Assembly: GCA_973895155.1 (NCBI GenBank)
Contig: OZ316899.1
Span: 829,573-893,572, forward strand
Reading direction: 5' to 3'
Length of the DNA: 64,000 nt
From: Marsupella aquatica
Lineage: Eukaryota > Plantae > Marchantiophyta
In this document: one piece after another, positions 24,067 to 37,927 of the stretch
How the letters are laid out: each line of letters begins with the position of its first letter
Position numbering within the stretch: the stretch's first letter is position 1
The notes under the pieces: generated by a model
The model's database searches: none
What the model saw: the letters and a program-made list of their open reading frames with translations, nothing else
What the model was told of the DNA's origin: nothing
Program-made: the position numbers and the translations under genes

Positions 24067-27000
24067 TTAACCCCCAGAGACCAAACATCCCCTACCACTA
24101 TCGAGCCAAAGCCTGCGCAGGCTGTCAATCCGGCCCTTTGCCCATCGTAAGAAAGAGTTTTTCCTACCCGGGGGTGAGCCACAGCTCACAGCATTCAGGC
24201 ACTCCGCCGTCTCAGACAGCACCAGGTCAAGATCAAAAGAACGCCTGCATTCAACTTGGAACATATGGGCATTTCTGCCTAACCAAAGCATCCATAATAA
24301 TTGATACAAAACAAAAAGCCTGGCAATCTGAATCGGGTCTCTTCCAAGGGCAGAGTCCAGCAGAGTCAACAATCCTTGTCCTATTGGCAGGCCCAACTCA
24401 TGTAAGAAGCGGTGACTTAGACCCCAACAGCGAGCCGCATGAACACATCCAAAGAAAACAGGATGAATGGTCTCCAACACACCGCTGCATAGTTTGCATT
24501 CTCCATTGCTCACCGCAATTCTACGAGCTCTAGCCCCCGTGAAGAGGCCCCCAACAATGGTACGCCATATGAAAGTCTTTCCCCTGGTCGGCAAGTCCGA
24601 GCGCCAGAGCTTTGCCCATCCAATGTTCCATTCTTCTTCCATCCTAGAAATAGACCAAATCCGGTTTAGGCGGCCATGGTTTGATCTTTTAGGCCTCAAG
24701 AACTCATACACTCGACAGTTCTCAATCCTAAAGTCTTTCTGCCTCTCCGCCTTGTCCAACCAAACCCACTGTTTGGCATAGAGGAAGTAGTCCGCCCTGC
24801 ATTCATTGGTGTTCCAGAGGCATTCCAGGAAGGACCGAGCTAATTCTCTATGCTCATCAGAGAATCCGCGCAGGTTGTGCCATCTCAGTGGGAGGTCTTT
24901 CCATCCTCCATCCTCAGTTGACTATCCATCTCCTATAGAGCGAATACCCAATCTTCCACAGATGGCAGCAATCCCTGCAATGGCTTCATTGGAGAGGGAG
25001 TGAAATCCTGCCATGGAGCGCAGGGTGTCGTGGATGCTCCATCTCGCCGGTGTCCCAGTCCTGCCCGGCTCAAATGAAAGGTGTGCTCTGACCATCGCCC
25101 AGCTCCTCCACAGTCCACTTGTGTATGGCAAACCAGCAAATGACCTAGGTGTGCACAACAATAACTGGTCTTGAAAGGAGTATCGGTTCCTTCTGATTAC
25201 TTTGTAGTTCCTCCATCCCATCAATGCCAGATTTGCAGCTAACAGTTTAGACCATTCCAAGTTAGGAGAGTTAAGAGCTTTTGTGAACCATTGAGAGAGA
25301 AGAGCGTCAGAGTGGCTTCTGAAATCTTCAAATCCTAGGCCCCCCTCCACTCGTGGTTGAGCCATCTTGTCCCAGGCCACCAAGGGGATCTTCCTACCCC
25401 CAGTGGCGTTGTATCCCCATAAGAAGTCCCTACTAAGAGCAATCAGTTTCTTAGCCAACTCTACTGAAGCTTTACAGTACATCACATGATAGATCGGAAT
25501 AGCTTGTAGGATATGCTTAATCAGAAGGGTTCTTCCTGTGAATGACAGCAACTTGTTTACCTAGGGTCAATAGTCAAGTACTTATCTTGTCCAGGCAAAA
25601 TTTATGTAGCTGCTCTGTGTGCAGCTCTACTCCTAAGGGTGCTCCAAGGTACTTTTGTATCTCCCCCTTTTGGCTAATAATACATCCAGTATTGGTGAGC
25701 CAGAGTGGAATTTCCTCCATGGCCAGGGGAATCACCACCGACTTTTCTAAATTCAATTTGGCACCATTGGCTTTCTCATAACAGTCCAGTGCCATTCTTG
25801 TATCCTTGTCTGTTGCCGGGATGAACATTCCTACGTCATCTGCAAAGAGCGTGTAGCAGATCATGAGATCCCCAGTTAGTACTTCGTAGTCCTCTCAGCC
25901 TACCTTCCACTATCTCTGCATCCAAAAAATCCATGAGTGGCTGTGTGGAAATCACGAATAAGAGAGGTGATAGTGGGCAGCCCTGCCTCACACCACGTTC
26001 CAAGTGCACCTGGTTTGAAAGAAATCCATTTACCAAAACCCTAGAGGTTGCTTGCACTAGCAGTGCTTTAACCAACATTATAAAACGCCCACTGATCCCA
26101 AGTAGGTGCATGCACTCCCATATGTACTCATGGCAAACCCTGTCAAATGCCTTTTCAAAATCCAGCTTCAGGAATAATGCTTGGCTCTTCTTCTGTTGCA
26201 CCCAATCACATGTTAGCATTGCTAGCAAAATATTTTCTAAGATGTGCCGCCCAGGAATGAATCCCGTCTGTTGCGGGCTGATAATCTTGTGGAGGAGGGG
26301 TTTCAGACGCAATGATCTTGTACACTGTATTTAACATTGTCAGTGGTCTCCAGTTTTTTAAGTAGCGTTTATCTGGTTTCTTTGGTATGAATTTGATGAT
26401 GCCCTCACAGATCCCACCATCAAGAACCCCTGAAAGCCAGAATTCCTGGATCATGTCTACAAGATCACTGCCTATGAAATCCCAACACACTCTGTACACC
26501 TCCGCTGTCAATCCATCTGGTCCCGGGGATTTGTCCCGAGGCGTAGCCACAATACTTCTTTCACCTCCTTAAGGGATGGAAGCTCCTCCATCTTTGAGAT
26601 CTCCCCAGCCGATAAAGCAAATCTGGTATTCCTTAACAGGCGTATGCGGGCTCTCCTCTGCTCTGCCTTCTCTTCTTGTGATAGAGCCGGAGCTGATTAC
26701 AAATTCTTACAGAAAGTCTCCACCTCCCCCAGAATTTGATTAGAATCCACAATCACACTTCCATCTTCACGTGTAAGGGAGTTCATAGCTTCTCTTGCTC
26801 TCTTTGCTCGCACTGTAGCAAAGAAGAATTTAGTAGATTCTTCCCCTTCTCCTAGCCACTTAACCCTGGCCAATCTCCGGCCCTTGTGAGCTTCCTCAAT
26901 CTCTGTCATATGCAACGAGTCCTCTGTCTCCATGTACTCCATAATGTCAAAATCCAAATGTGCTTCTAAAATTGACAGTTTAAGGGCACGCATTTGTGCT

Positions 27001-27975
27001 CTTAGAAAGCTCATCGCTGCCTCCGCTGGTTGCGGCTTAGCCTGTAGCAGCTTGTATGTGCTCCTCACTTGCACACTACCCTTGGCGAATCTGAGGTGTG
27101 GATCATTGAAGTTTTCCCTACCCTTTCTCCAAGCCACTTCCAGCCCTTGCATATCCTCATTACTCCGCAGTAAGGCTGGATTGGCCATAAAGATCCTAGC
27201 ATTCCCCCTCATTCCAGTCACCCGGGGTACAGCTAGCCGCACCTCCAGCAGCACCGGGTCATGATCTGATAGAGAGGAGCCTCCTAAATCTGTGAATAAG
27301 CCCTACAAATTCTCCCAACCACCATCCTTTCTTGCTTAGATAAAATCTGTCAAGCCTTGATTGCACCAGTTCACCGTTCCAAAATCGTCTCCATGTGTAA
27401 CGGGGACCAGTAACAGCGCCTCTGACATCCTAGGCATCTGTCATGTCAAAACGCATTTTGAGAAATCTCCAAAATTCAGCCTCCCTCCCTCGAATCAGAG
27501 GCAAATTACCCGTAGAGTCCGACCTGCGCTCTGTCATGTTGAAGTCCCCGCACATAATCCAGTCCACTTGTGGAAGTAAGGTCTTTAGATCGTTCCATAG
27601 CAGGGCTCGCAGGCAAGAAGAGTTGGGGGCATAAACACACGCAATTCCAATCTTCCCCGCTTCCGTGTCCCCTATCACCCACACCGCCCGTCCCAGGTCC
27701 AGCTTGCCTGCTCTAACCACCTTAATCTCTGGGTGGACCATCAACGCCGTTCCCCCTCTGCCCTCATCCGGTGCAAAAGAGAAGTGTTGGTAATCCGGCA
27801 GGATAGCTCTCAACGCCATGTCTAAGCGGAACTGGTCTATTTTCACTTCCTGTAATGCCATCACGCTCAAGGGTATCTTCAAGGATTTAACCCAATTCTT
27901 CACCACATGCTTGCGGTTTGGTTTGCACAGTCCACACATGTTCCACGAGGCCAACCTGAATATCTCCTCCAGTCT
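24067..27975 (-). pseudogene. LINE ORF2: APE endonuclease, reverse transcriptase, zf-RVT; disrupted
   Basis: LASWNMCGL..LQEVK..GDFNM (endonuclease); KSPGPDG..WRPLTML..KLDFEKAFDRV..GVRQGCPLSPLLF..LFADD (RT); C-x2-C..ETIHPVFFGC (zf-RVT). Confidence 0.95.
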
Positions 27976-28031
27976 CCTGCTAGATCGGTGCAGTCCTCTA
28001 GCAGGGTCCCTGATCCCACAAAATGAAGGTT

Positions 28032-30760
28032 TCAGAGCCTGTTGCGTCCCCCTGGGGACCAGCCAGAAAAGGCCCATCCACTTGTTGGTCCACTTATGTA
28101 GCCTTTGGGTGAGTCCCGCCTTGGGGATCCAATCACAGGGGTACCTAAGCGAACCGGTGCCAGTACAGGGTCAGTAGCCACCCTCATGTCCAGCCGCAGT
28201 GGTTCCCCTTGCTCTCCTGGGTCCCTTGAGGTACACCCACCTACATCAGACAAGAAGCCCCGTGAGAAATTGAGTGATCTTTGATTCTTAGCCTCACCTT
28301 TAAGTTTCTCCAATCTTGCTGTTGGCGGAGTGCGCAGCTCCTGTTTACTTGCCCTAGCCTTGAACTTACTATGCTGGATATATTCTTTGTATTCTGACAT
28401 CTCCGCATCCGAGCCCTCATGAAAAGAGAAGTTCTCCTCCTCCCCCAACCCTCTGGTTGAGAGCGGATGGTGAGCCACTATCAAGCTAGAAAGAGAGTCC
28501 AAAGGGAGGACAACAATCTCAGAACCGGGTACCAGCCGTTCAAGTGGTGGTCCCGGCCAGAGGGGTTCTCAATCACCGTAACAGGAGGAATAATCTGTGA
28601 ATCCGGGATCGCACAGGGGCCCTCATGTGTGACAAGCGCCCACCTCGATCCCAGCTCCTCACCCACCAAAGGATCCAACATAGGATCTCGAAGTTCACGT
28701 TGTGTTTGCATAGGGGAAGGCCAATACTCTCCCTGGGTGGTAGGGCTCCGGGAATTTTGCTCTATCCGAGCAACGTCCGCCGCCACTGCCAAAGGGACCA
28801 GCAGGGGTGGAGCAGCCATTGTAGCCCGAAAGAGAGCCCTTGCTTCCGCATTGGCTACAGCTTTGTGAATTTTCTCAGGGTCCGCTTCCGAATGGCGCTC
28901 ATCATCCTTCTCGTCTGGTGGGAACCCTCCTTCCCCCTCCTCTAGTGGTTTGCAAGCTGGCTCTGGCTCCATATTACACTTGCGGGCCAGGTGCCCTTTA
29001 AATGTCACCGGTTGCCAAATCACAATGTCTTCCCAGATATGAATTCTCATACTAGAGGGCACTTCCCTGTCAGTGTCCCATAGAATACAGGCACGATCGT
29101 GTGGGTACGAGCTAAATTGGTCTCCCTGGATGTAGTAGAGCAAAGTACCCAATGTGCTTGCGATCTTCCTCCTACATCCTTCCAATGCAAGAGCACGGAA
29201 AGGGATTTCTATCCATACCGGTAGTTTAGTGAAGCTATCACTTTTAACATCAAAAGAAGGGTCCCAGGGGATAGTATAAACAAATTGACGCTCATAAAAC
29301 CAAGGAGCATAGTTGAGTGCCAGGTCCCAATGGTCAGGATGTTCAAAGACCACCATGTAGAAGTTTTTCCCTACATATTTGATCTGTAGGACCGACCAGC
29401 TCTCCCTTATCGTCATCACCTCTTCCACCCATTCTCTGAAGCTGCAAGAAGCGGGGTACGCCCTGTGAAGTAGCACAACAACGCACAGTTGTACAGTTGT
29501 CTCACATTCCTCGCTGCTTCTTGCAGATTCCATTCTAGGCCCACATATAGCTTCTTATCTAGATCTCCCTTAGATCTGAGCGCAATTCCTCTCAGGATTC
29601 TAATGCACTCCTCTGATTCCTCCGCCTCTGTTTCAGGGTCCTGCTCTTCTCCGCTTGCCCGCCTTGTACCCTCTGCATCCTCTGTGCCCAGCATATCTCC
29701 TCGAAACGCGTTCTCAGTAGGTGGAGAAGCACGCAGTATTTGAGGTGCTTCCATCTCAACCTCCATCGCCGTTTCAGTTGACTCGGGGGGGAGTGGTCGT
29801 TCACCGGTTCCCCCACTTAAAGCACCCAAGGGGGGAGAAGCTTTGTTGGGTACCATTCTCGCAGATTCTGTTCTGCCTGAACGAGCGTCTTGTGCCGAGT
29901 AGGCACACTCCAGTCCTCTTCCCTCCCTCACAACCAGATTAGAATGCGCGTCTGGTCTCAGTTGTGTCTCTTCTTGCTCCTGTCCAACACTCTTTTTCCC
30001 AAGCAACCTCCCTGTCAACCCCAAATTTTGTCCTTCTTGGCGCCTACTCCGGGTAAGCCGCCAACCCAAAGAGCCATAGTAGTCAATCGCAGGTTCTCCC
30101 ATATTAATTCAGTCTCTTACAGCGTAATTAGCATGAGCTGGATCCAGGTATACAAGGAAGGGCAGCCAGAGAAGCTCCAATCTTACCTGATGGCTTGCAC
30201 TCTCAGTCATGCACCCTCCCACCAATCTTTCAATGTGGATCCGCCACCGTTCATACTCCACTCCTACAGGTATGATGGCTCACTTTCCCTCCCCCCCCTC
30301 CTCGTTGCAGCGCAGTATCTTCCCAAAAGATATCCTCAAAGTGCCGGAATTCTTCTCCATGACCACAATGCCTCCCCCCTTTGTGTGCTCTCAGTAGGCC
30401 AAGTGAATCCTCTATCGCCCTTCCTCAGTTCAATCGTTGGCCTTCACAGTTTCACCTCCAAAAGTGTGAAGATCATTCTTGCAGACAAGACCCCAAGTAT
30501 CCGCGCTGGTAGCTTCCCAGTCCCATCGTAGGCCTCCCCTCAATCCTTTGTATTTGATGTCTCTCCTGTGTTCTTCTGCCACCGCCCTCCTCAGCCAAGC
30601 GGTAGATCACAGGGGATTAGTGGCTATCACCCTCTCCCCGCAAGTTCCCCTCAATCTTTGTTCGTCCATTACGTTCACCTTGCCTTTAGCAGATCATCCC
30701 CCTCTTCTCATCCCCCTCCCTGCAAATTGCCAGGAAGCAAGTTGTCACCTGGCATAGGCT
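28032..30760 (-). pseudogene. LINE ORF1 (DUF4283/RRM-like region followed by low-complexity tail); disrupted
   Basis: QIKYVGKNFYMVVF...PWFYERQFVYTIPWDPSFD...LPVWIEIP...IASTLG is typical of plant L1 ORF1. Confidence 0.8.
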
Positions 30761-30766
30761 GCAATG

Positions 30767-33375
30767 TGTCACGCGATTGACATGGGTCTTAACACCAAAA
30801 ACGTCACTATGGGTGCCAAAACCATCTCCTTGTACCTGAGGATCACGAAGGGACGTTGTGAAGGCCGTTAAACACCAATTTATGCCCTTAACACCAGACT
30901 ATCATAGCAAGACTCTATCACACATCACCCAAGCTCAATCCCAAGGAACCAAGGTTGGGGATCAGATCTGCGCTCATGATAATTCTGGTGAGAAGGGGTC
31001 TTCATATCGGGCCCGTACACACAGGGCCTATCGCTATGGTGCGCATATGTCTATACGCTTACTGTCATAGGTATATTTCTATTCTGCCACCGGAATGTAC
31101 CCATAAACCAGTGACTCTTGACTGATTCCCGGCTTAGGGACTTCTAAGCCATTGCCCCACCACTCTGCCATTCCACTCTCAGCAATTAGAGCTGTGACAT
31201 CCCTCACCCAACCCACTTCAATGCACCCGATACACCTCTCAGTGGCGCTGCTAGTCCCATCATACACTCAGATTGCCTCACACACACACACATCCATGAG
31301 AGAAATGAGGCCTGAGAGGAAAACTCAATTAGATTCAAAGATGTGCACAATAGTTCACTGAGAACACTTGATCAAAAAATAGGCCCGAAGGCTGTCTCCT
31401 CCAGATTGCGACGTGCTTGCCCTGCAAGCCCCGTGCTTGCCATGCAAGCTCAATCCTGAACCTGAGCCCGACTCACTCCAGATTCCGACGGCAGATTGGA
31501 CTCAAACCAATCCCATACTTGCCTTGCAAACTCAATCCTGAACTCAACCTCCTTCACTGTACTTCATTCTTGGGGGCACATACAGATCTCACACCTCCAT
31601 TCAGAATGTCAAGTTACGCATGCATAGTTGACTCGACTTCAAAGCTGGTACCAGGCCTAACGACGATCTATCCCAGACTGCAATGAGGCCCGGCCTCACG
31701 CTTGCCCTGCAAGTTCAGCTCTGGCCATAAATCCCTTAGTGCTCTCTACCAGACAAAGGCCGGGACTCCCCATGGATCACGTAGCCTTGCCAGACCAAAC
31801 TGTAAATGCTCCTTCTGCTGTCCCTCAATCAGTATCTCAGCCTCCCTAATGTGCTCACCACAAATCAAATTGACATCCTCCCCACAGTTTACAATCACCA
31901 ATACATCACCTATCACCAAGGCTCTGTATCGGGGGAAAAGAACCCAGTTGTGCTGCCCACTAGAAAGAGCCACAATCCAGCTTGCAAACCTAGCAACCCG
32001 TTGCAGCTGTGAAGCTTGGCTGATTACTCCCTGAGTAATAGCACAACCAAGATCTCCCCAACACGCAGCGTCCAAGTCCAGCCTTGCTTGCACAGAGCTC
32101 CTCCCTGTTGCTCAGTCTAAGTGAGATCACACAACTGAAGTCCCCCCCCGCTGCCTCTACCGGGGGGCTGCTCTATATACTCTCATACTGAGCCCAAATG
32201 GTGGATACTACGCTGCTGGAGCCCCATCCCAGCCCTAATAGAGCCGCCACTATCTCTAACTACTGAACCCTAACTCGCAACTTTATTTTTCTCTTGAATT
32301 GGCTATGTACTTCGGATTTGGCCCTCCTCCATGGTTTTTGCGAGCTTGCGCCTCCTCTCCCGATTTCTCTATTCAACCATTTGTTGCGTGGATAGCAGCG
32401 TTGGAAGCGGCTTGAGCTCCACTTTCCAACGAGGTCAATTATAGCCGATTTGGCCAAATACACAGAAAGTTATGCCCCCACAACCGAGAGGGGGTACTCA
32501 TTGCTACGCTAACCCGAGTTACCTAGCTAACCTGAGTTCGGCTAGCCTAGCTATCCTATCTAACCTTAGAAGAGTTAACCCGTGGCCTCGGGCTAAGCCG
32601 CTATCCGTGTCTGTTGTCCGCTATCTGTGTCCGTTGTCCGTGTCCGCTATCCGTGTCCGTTGTCCGTGTCAGTTGTCCGTGTCCGTTGTCCGTGTCAGTT
32701 ATCCGTGTCCGTTATCCGTGTCCGCTATTTGTGCCTGCTGTCTACTATCCGTGTCCATTGTCCGTGTCCGTTGTCCGCTCTCCAGTGTCCGTGTCCATTG
32801 TCCGTTGTCGGTGTCCGTTGTCCGCTATCCGTTGTCCCGGGTTTAGTCTAAATCTAAATCTGCTAGCCACTAGCCACTATCCGGTATCTGTATCCGCTAA
32901 CCTCTATTTGCTATCCGCTATCCGTGTCCGCTAACCTCTATCCGTATCCGCTATCCGTGTCCGCTAACCTCTATCCGTATCCGCTATCCGTGTCCGCTAA
33001 CCTCTATCCGTATCCATTATCCGTGTCCGCTAACCTCTATCCGTATCCGCTATCCCGAGTTACACACTAACCTGTCACACTAATAAGATCATATCTTTCC
33101 TAATACACCTCCGTTTTGAGAGTGTTTTATATCAATTTTACTCGCCTTGACCAGATCTTTCCAATGCTCTTTACAGATCCGGATTTGGTGACATATTGAA
33201 AGAGATATGGTTGCCGACCACCCGCGACATAGCTTTTATTTCCCTACTATTAATGATATGATTGCCCTTATTCTTGCCATCTTGCTAATTGTTATGCAAT
33301 ATCAATAGCTACTCCTTGCATACAGCAGCCTAGTTAATCAGATTAAAGAATAAGGACCATGTCATCGGCGTCACA
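30767..33375. mobile_element. Solo LTR (2609 bp) inserted in the LINE 5' region
   Basis: CAATG TSD at 30762-30766 and 33376-33380. Termini TGTCACGCGATTGACATGG / CCATGTCATCGGCGTCACA form an imperfect ~19-bp inverted repeat. Confidence 0.85.
32600..33055. repeat. CCG-rich mini-satellites: degenerate GTCCGT(T/A)-type repeats, then ~4 copies of a 33-bp unit CTATCCGTGTCCGCTAACCTCTATCCGTATCCG
   Basis: Direct reading; unit starts at 32951 and 32984 are 33 bp apart. Confidence 0.9.
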
Positions 33376-34068
33376 CAATGTAGAAGAATGGTTCCAATCT
33401 TATCCATCTTCCATCCCCTGTCTTCTTATTGATCTCCAAGCTCCAGTCAACTCCTTTGTATCCGGGCTCTCACACTCCCGCGGCCTGCTAAACTCCGAGG
33501 AGCCGCAAGCCCATAGCACCTCCTGTCGCCCCAGCCCAAATGGTCCAAATGGAATGCACCATCGCAATCCCAAGGGAGCACTATGTACTCCGCAAAGATC
33601 CTAGTGAGGTACCCCACAGAGCAGACGTCTGACCAAGGTGAACATTCACCCCTCCCTTTGTGTAATGGCAGCACCCTAACGCGTTCTGCAGCATGAGTCT
33701 TGGATACAAGCAAAAATCATGCTCCTCCCCAGCACAGCCCCTTATGCTGTCCCCCGTCGTTATTACTCCATACAGAGCTCCTTAGCAATCGATTGAAACC
33801 TCTGCCTTCTCACACTATCCCACATCAGCCTAACCTAACAGAGGGCTCGCGCCCTGAATCTCCCCTCCCTTATTCCTTACTCATCTTTTTGGCTGAAACT
33901 CATATTCTGGACTCACTCTCAGCATCCCGCGCTACTTCTGTCCAACATCCACACCTTCCTTGAGACGCAAGATCTTCAACTCCCCCAAGCACCCCGAGAG
34001 GGTGTGCACAGCTAGCAGCGCTTTTGCGCCCGCTTCAGTTCCGCTTCAGTTCCTCCTCCAGTACTCCC

Positions 34069-36203
34069 AAATCTCCTACTTCTTCAACGCATAGATCACA
34101 ACATACATTTCCCTTTCCGTTGTGATCCAATGATTTTCCAACTTACATGACTCAAAGGCCACAGGACGCCCATCTTGGTGAAGACAGGCGCCAATAGCAT
34201 AATCACTTACGTCTGTCCAAATCTCAAACGGCTTCCCCATCTGAGGTAACTTTAGAACCGGCGGCATTTATCATTAGCCGCTTAAGTTCTAGGAATGCTA
34301 ACTTGCAATCTTGTGTCCACACAAAAACTTTGTTTTTCAACGTTAGCGCGTTTAGGGGTCTCACGATCCTTGCATAGTCTTTCATGTATCTCCGATAGAA
34401 CCCCGTTAATCCTAAGAAGGCTCTAACCTGCCTTACATTGGACGGGCACTCCCATTCTTTGATCTCCTTAAACTTGTCCTGACTAGGCATAATCCCCTCT
34501 AGGGTAAAGGTATGGCCGAGGAACTGAATCTCATTCATCGCAAACTTGCACTTGCTAGGTTTAGCATAGAGACGAGCCTTACAAAGGTGAGAGAACACTA
34601 CTCTGAGCAACTAACTGCTCATGTTCCTCCAATGTTTTTGAGTAGATTAGGATGTCGTCAATAAAGACGACCACTCCTTGGTCCAACAAGTCATGAAAGA
34701 TGGTATTTATCATCTTCATGAACGTTGCGGTTGCATTACACAACCCGAAAGGCATAACCAAAAATTTGTAGGATCCGAACCTTATGCGCATAACGGTCTT
34801 ATCCTCGTCTCCCTTAGCCATGCGGATCTTGTAATACCCAGACCGCAAGTCCACCTTAGAAAACTTCTTAGCCCTAGAGAGGCAATCAAAGAGGTCATCC
34901 ATATGAGATAAAGGGTACTTGTTCTTTACTATTTGCTTATTGAGGGCCCGATAATCTGCGCACAATCTCAAAGTACCATCCTTTTTGGACACAAATAGCG
35001 CGGGCGCCCCATAAGGACTCTTACTAGGACAAATGAACCCTTGGTCAATCAACTCTTCCAAGGCATTCTTCAACATCATTTGTTCATTCAGGTTCAGATG
35101 ATAAGGAGCTTTAGCCTGAGGAGCCAAACCTGGCTCCAACTCAACTTGGTGATCCACTTCTCTCCGCAGGGGTAAACCTTTAGGTAGCTTCTGCGAGAGC
35201 ATGTCATTGAATTCCTCTAAAATTCAGGAATTCAACCGCAGTCGGGCTCGACCTTAGCTGATTTAACCTTTGGCTACGAAGCAGCCTCCTTAAGTGGGTG
35301 GAGATGAAAGAAGAAAATTCATGTCCACCCTTGAAGTCTTTCCACCATTGCTTTGCCAATACACACGGAGACAACCATGACACTTTACTTACTTTGAGAA
35401 ATCTTCTTTATTTTTGGTAATTTTGTGTACAACGATGGGCTCACTGCCCTTATTGGGAAAATGGAGCACCTCATCCCCTAGTTTCAAGGTAACATTGTGC
35501 TTTCTGAGATAACCTACTAACAAAATGAAGTCTACGGCTAGACCATCTAGAACATAGAACATCTCCTGACTAAAAAAAAATTGTTGTTCGCCTATGACCT
35601 CTACTCAAAGTCTATGTACCACTCTCGACACTATCCCTTTCGTGTCGTTGGCGAACTTGCACACTAACGGTTGTAGAAACTCTTGCACGTTCACCCCAAG
35701 ATGTGCCACCGCCTGCCCGCTTATGAAGTAGGCGGTCGCGCTTGTATCCACCAAAGCAACATCCAGATTACCGTTAGAACTGATATTCACAACAATCAGC
35801 TTTTCAGGATCCCTTGTCTTAACTTTAGGTATCTTCTCTCCGGCAGGAACATCCCCTATAGGGACCTCATCAACTACTAAGGGTTTGGTTAGAGGAATAC
35901 TTACCTTAATGCCCTTCTGCCCTCCATCTCCGCTCAGCTTGCTTCCCTTGAAAGGGAAATCCTTACTTTGATGGCCCATGGCACCACACGTGTAGCACAA
36001 ACCTTCAGCCCGTCTTTGCTCTGTGAGCCCCTGCTTCTTTGCTTTCTGCGCCGATGAGGTTCCTTTCTGAAGTTGTCGGTTTTGCTTAGCTTCTCCATTC
36101 TAGGGCTGGGGATCCAAACCACCACCCCGCGCCCCCTCTGGTTGCTTATGCTTATTCCCGGGACCTTTTGCTTTCCCAGCTTCCCCCTCGGTTCCCTTGC
36201 CAC
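34069..36203 (-). pseudogene. pol: Chromovirus gag end (zinc knuckle), protease, RT and RNase H start; disrupted
   Basis: CYTCGAMGHQSKDF; ALVDTSAT; [45 protein letters not shown]; FLGLTGFYRRY; WTDVSDYAIGACL. Confidence 0.95.
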
Positions 36204-37099
36204 CCACCTTTGCCAAGTCCGGCCGGTTATTCACCAACGTAGTGGTGTCACGTCGTCAGCCTAGGCCTTAACTCGGGCTTTGGCTTAGACAGGCACATCC
36301 TTCGTAAATATGAGGGTTCGGGCAGGGAGGGAAGCACGGAATGCACCTAACTCACGTAAACTAGCGCTAAGTGCATTTGTTATTTACGGACACCTCCTAG
36401 GTATGGTTTGTGTTCCGCCGCCAAAACATATCTTAGTCGATAGCGGGATCGACCCCAGCTTACGGGCTTCTAAGCCTTTGTGTTGTCTGCTTTCGATCCA
36501 AATTTGATGATACAGTTACTCAACCCGTGCTCATAACCACTTACCCGCAAGCTGCACCCCGTGCACGGTTTGGGTAGTGCGTTCGGCCAAGCGCTGGCAT
36601 CCATACACGAGATTCACACGTATGCACACGCACAAGCATACAATCTTGAATTACACAAAGGAAATAATGGGAAAGGATTTTACTTACATAGCGAACATAC
36701 ACGTACGCTTAGTTGACGCGGAAGCTCTCAAATGAAGAGGTCCAAGGTCGAGGATGTACACTATAGAGCCCAGCTCCGCACTTGCCCCACAAGCTTAGTC
36801 TTACCCCCTCCCCTTGGTACTCTTTCACTCACAGAGGTTGGGACTCCCTGCACATACCGTGGATGTCCGACTCTGAGACTAAAAACCCCCTGCCTCTACC
36901 GAGGGGTGCACTAAATACTAAGGGCTGAGGACCGGAGCGGCCTCACGCCCGTAGATTTGCTAACTAAGCTAGCTATCAAGCTGGAAAATGGCTTGTCTTA
37001 TTAGAAGATCCTAATCTACGCAGGCTGGACATTATGGCAGCGCTTGTTCCTATAGCCCAATTTAGCTACTCCTAACTTTATTTTCATCCTACTCCGGCG

Positions 37100-37927
37100 C
37101 TAATGCCTGGCACGCTTGCCAGAGCCACCCGAGTGGGAGCAGCTATCCCGCTACCTCCTGAGCCTGTTGGTATCCTGCTTGAGTAGCTGGACCTGGTCCA
37201 GCAAAGATTCATTCTCACGCTTCGCCACGTCCGTCTCTTCCGCGGCCTCCTGACATGCCTCCTCCAGTTGCTGGACGTCGCTCGTCAGCTTATCCACCAA
37301 CTGGGCCTGCTTCGTGGCCTCTCCCTAAAGCAGTGCTACCTCTGTCTTTAGGGTGTCAATCTTGGCTGCGTCCCGCTGAGATCGAGAGTCAGCTTCCTCT
37401 AGATCCTGCTGCCAACTGACAACTTGTCCCTTCAAACCGTCAATCTTGGTCCGGAGCCGTGCGATCTTGGAGTCCTTTTTGAGCCTGGCCTGCTCTGCTA
37501 AGGCTGCCCGGGCCTTGGCCTCGGCAACCTGATCCTCCATGGCCGTTACCTGAGGTCGCAATTGCTAGAGTTCAGTCTCCAAGACTGCCACTTTGTCCTT
37601 TAGGTAGGCAGACTCAACCCGGTATCACTCTATTCTCTGCGCTGTCTCCGCCTACGCATGTCCTGCCTTTACGGCCGCAACCAACTCCTGGTTGAAGAAG
37701 TAGGCCACCTTCCGTGCCATCTATTCCCCGATATCCCATGAGATTTGTTGCAAGAAATCTCCCAACAACCCGTTCAGAAACGTGCTCGGCACAAAGAGTT
37801 CCGGATGGTCCAGACTATGTCCATCTGGTTCGGGCACGGGTGGACCCCAGCCCGCGAGGGAGTAGGAGTGGTGTGGAAAGCCTTTTTTTTGAAGTATTCT
37901 AAGGAGTATTAAATCTACACTTTTCAA
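37100..37927 (-). pseudogene. Coiled-coil protein, disrupted
   Basis: EDQVAEAKARAALAEQARLKKDSKIARLRTKIDGLK heptad-like pattern; several stops; the 3' end (GSGKRARH*) is shared with the copy at ~60760. Confidence 0.5.

Larger units (their letters stand above)
23796..34068 (-). mobile_element. Full-length L1-clade LINE (~7.66 kb after removing the nested solo LTR)
   Basis: Exact 17-bp TSD AAATCTCCTACTTCTTC at 23779-23795 and 34069-34085. Chromovirus RNase H joins across it. ORF1 and ORF2 both present. Confidence 0.93.

Noticed and set aside
32472-32934. Cys/Val/Ser-rich ORFs
   Set aside because: They are translations of the GTCCGT mini-satellite in three frames.
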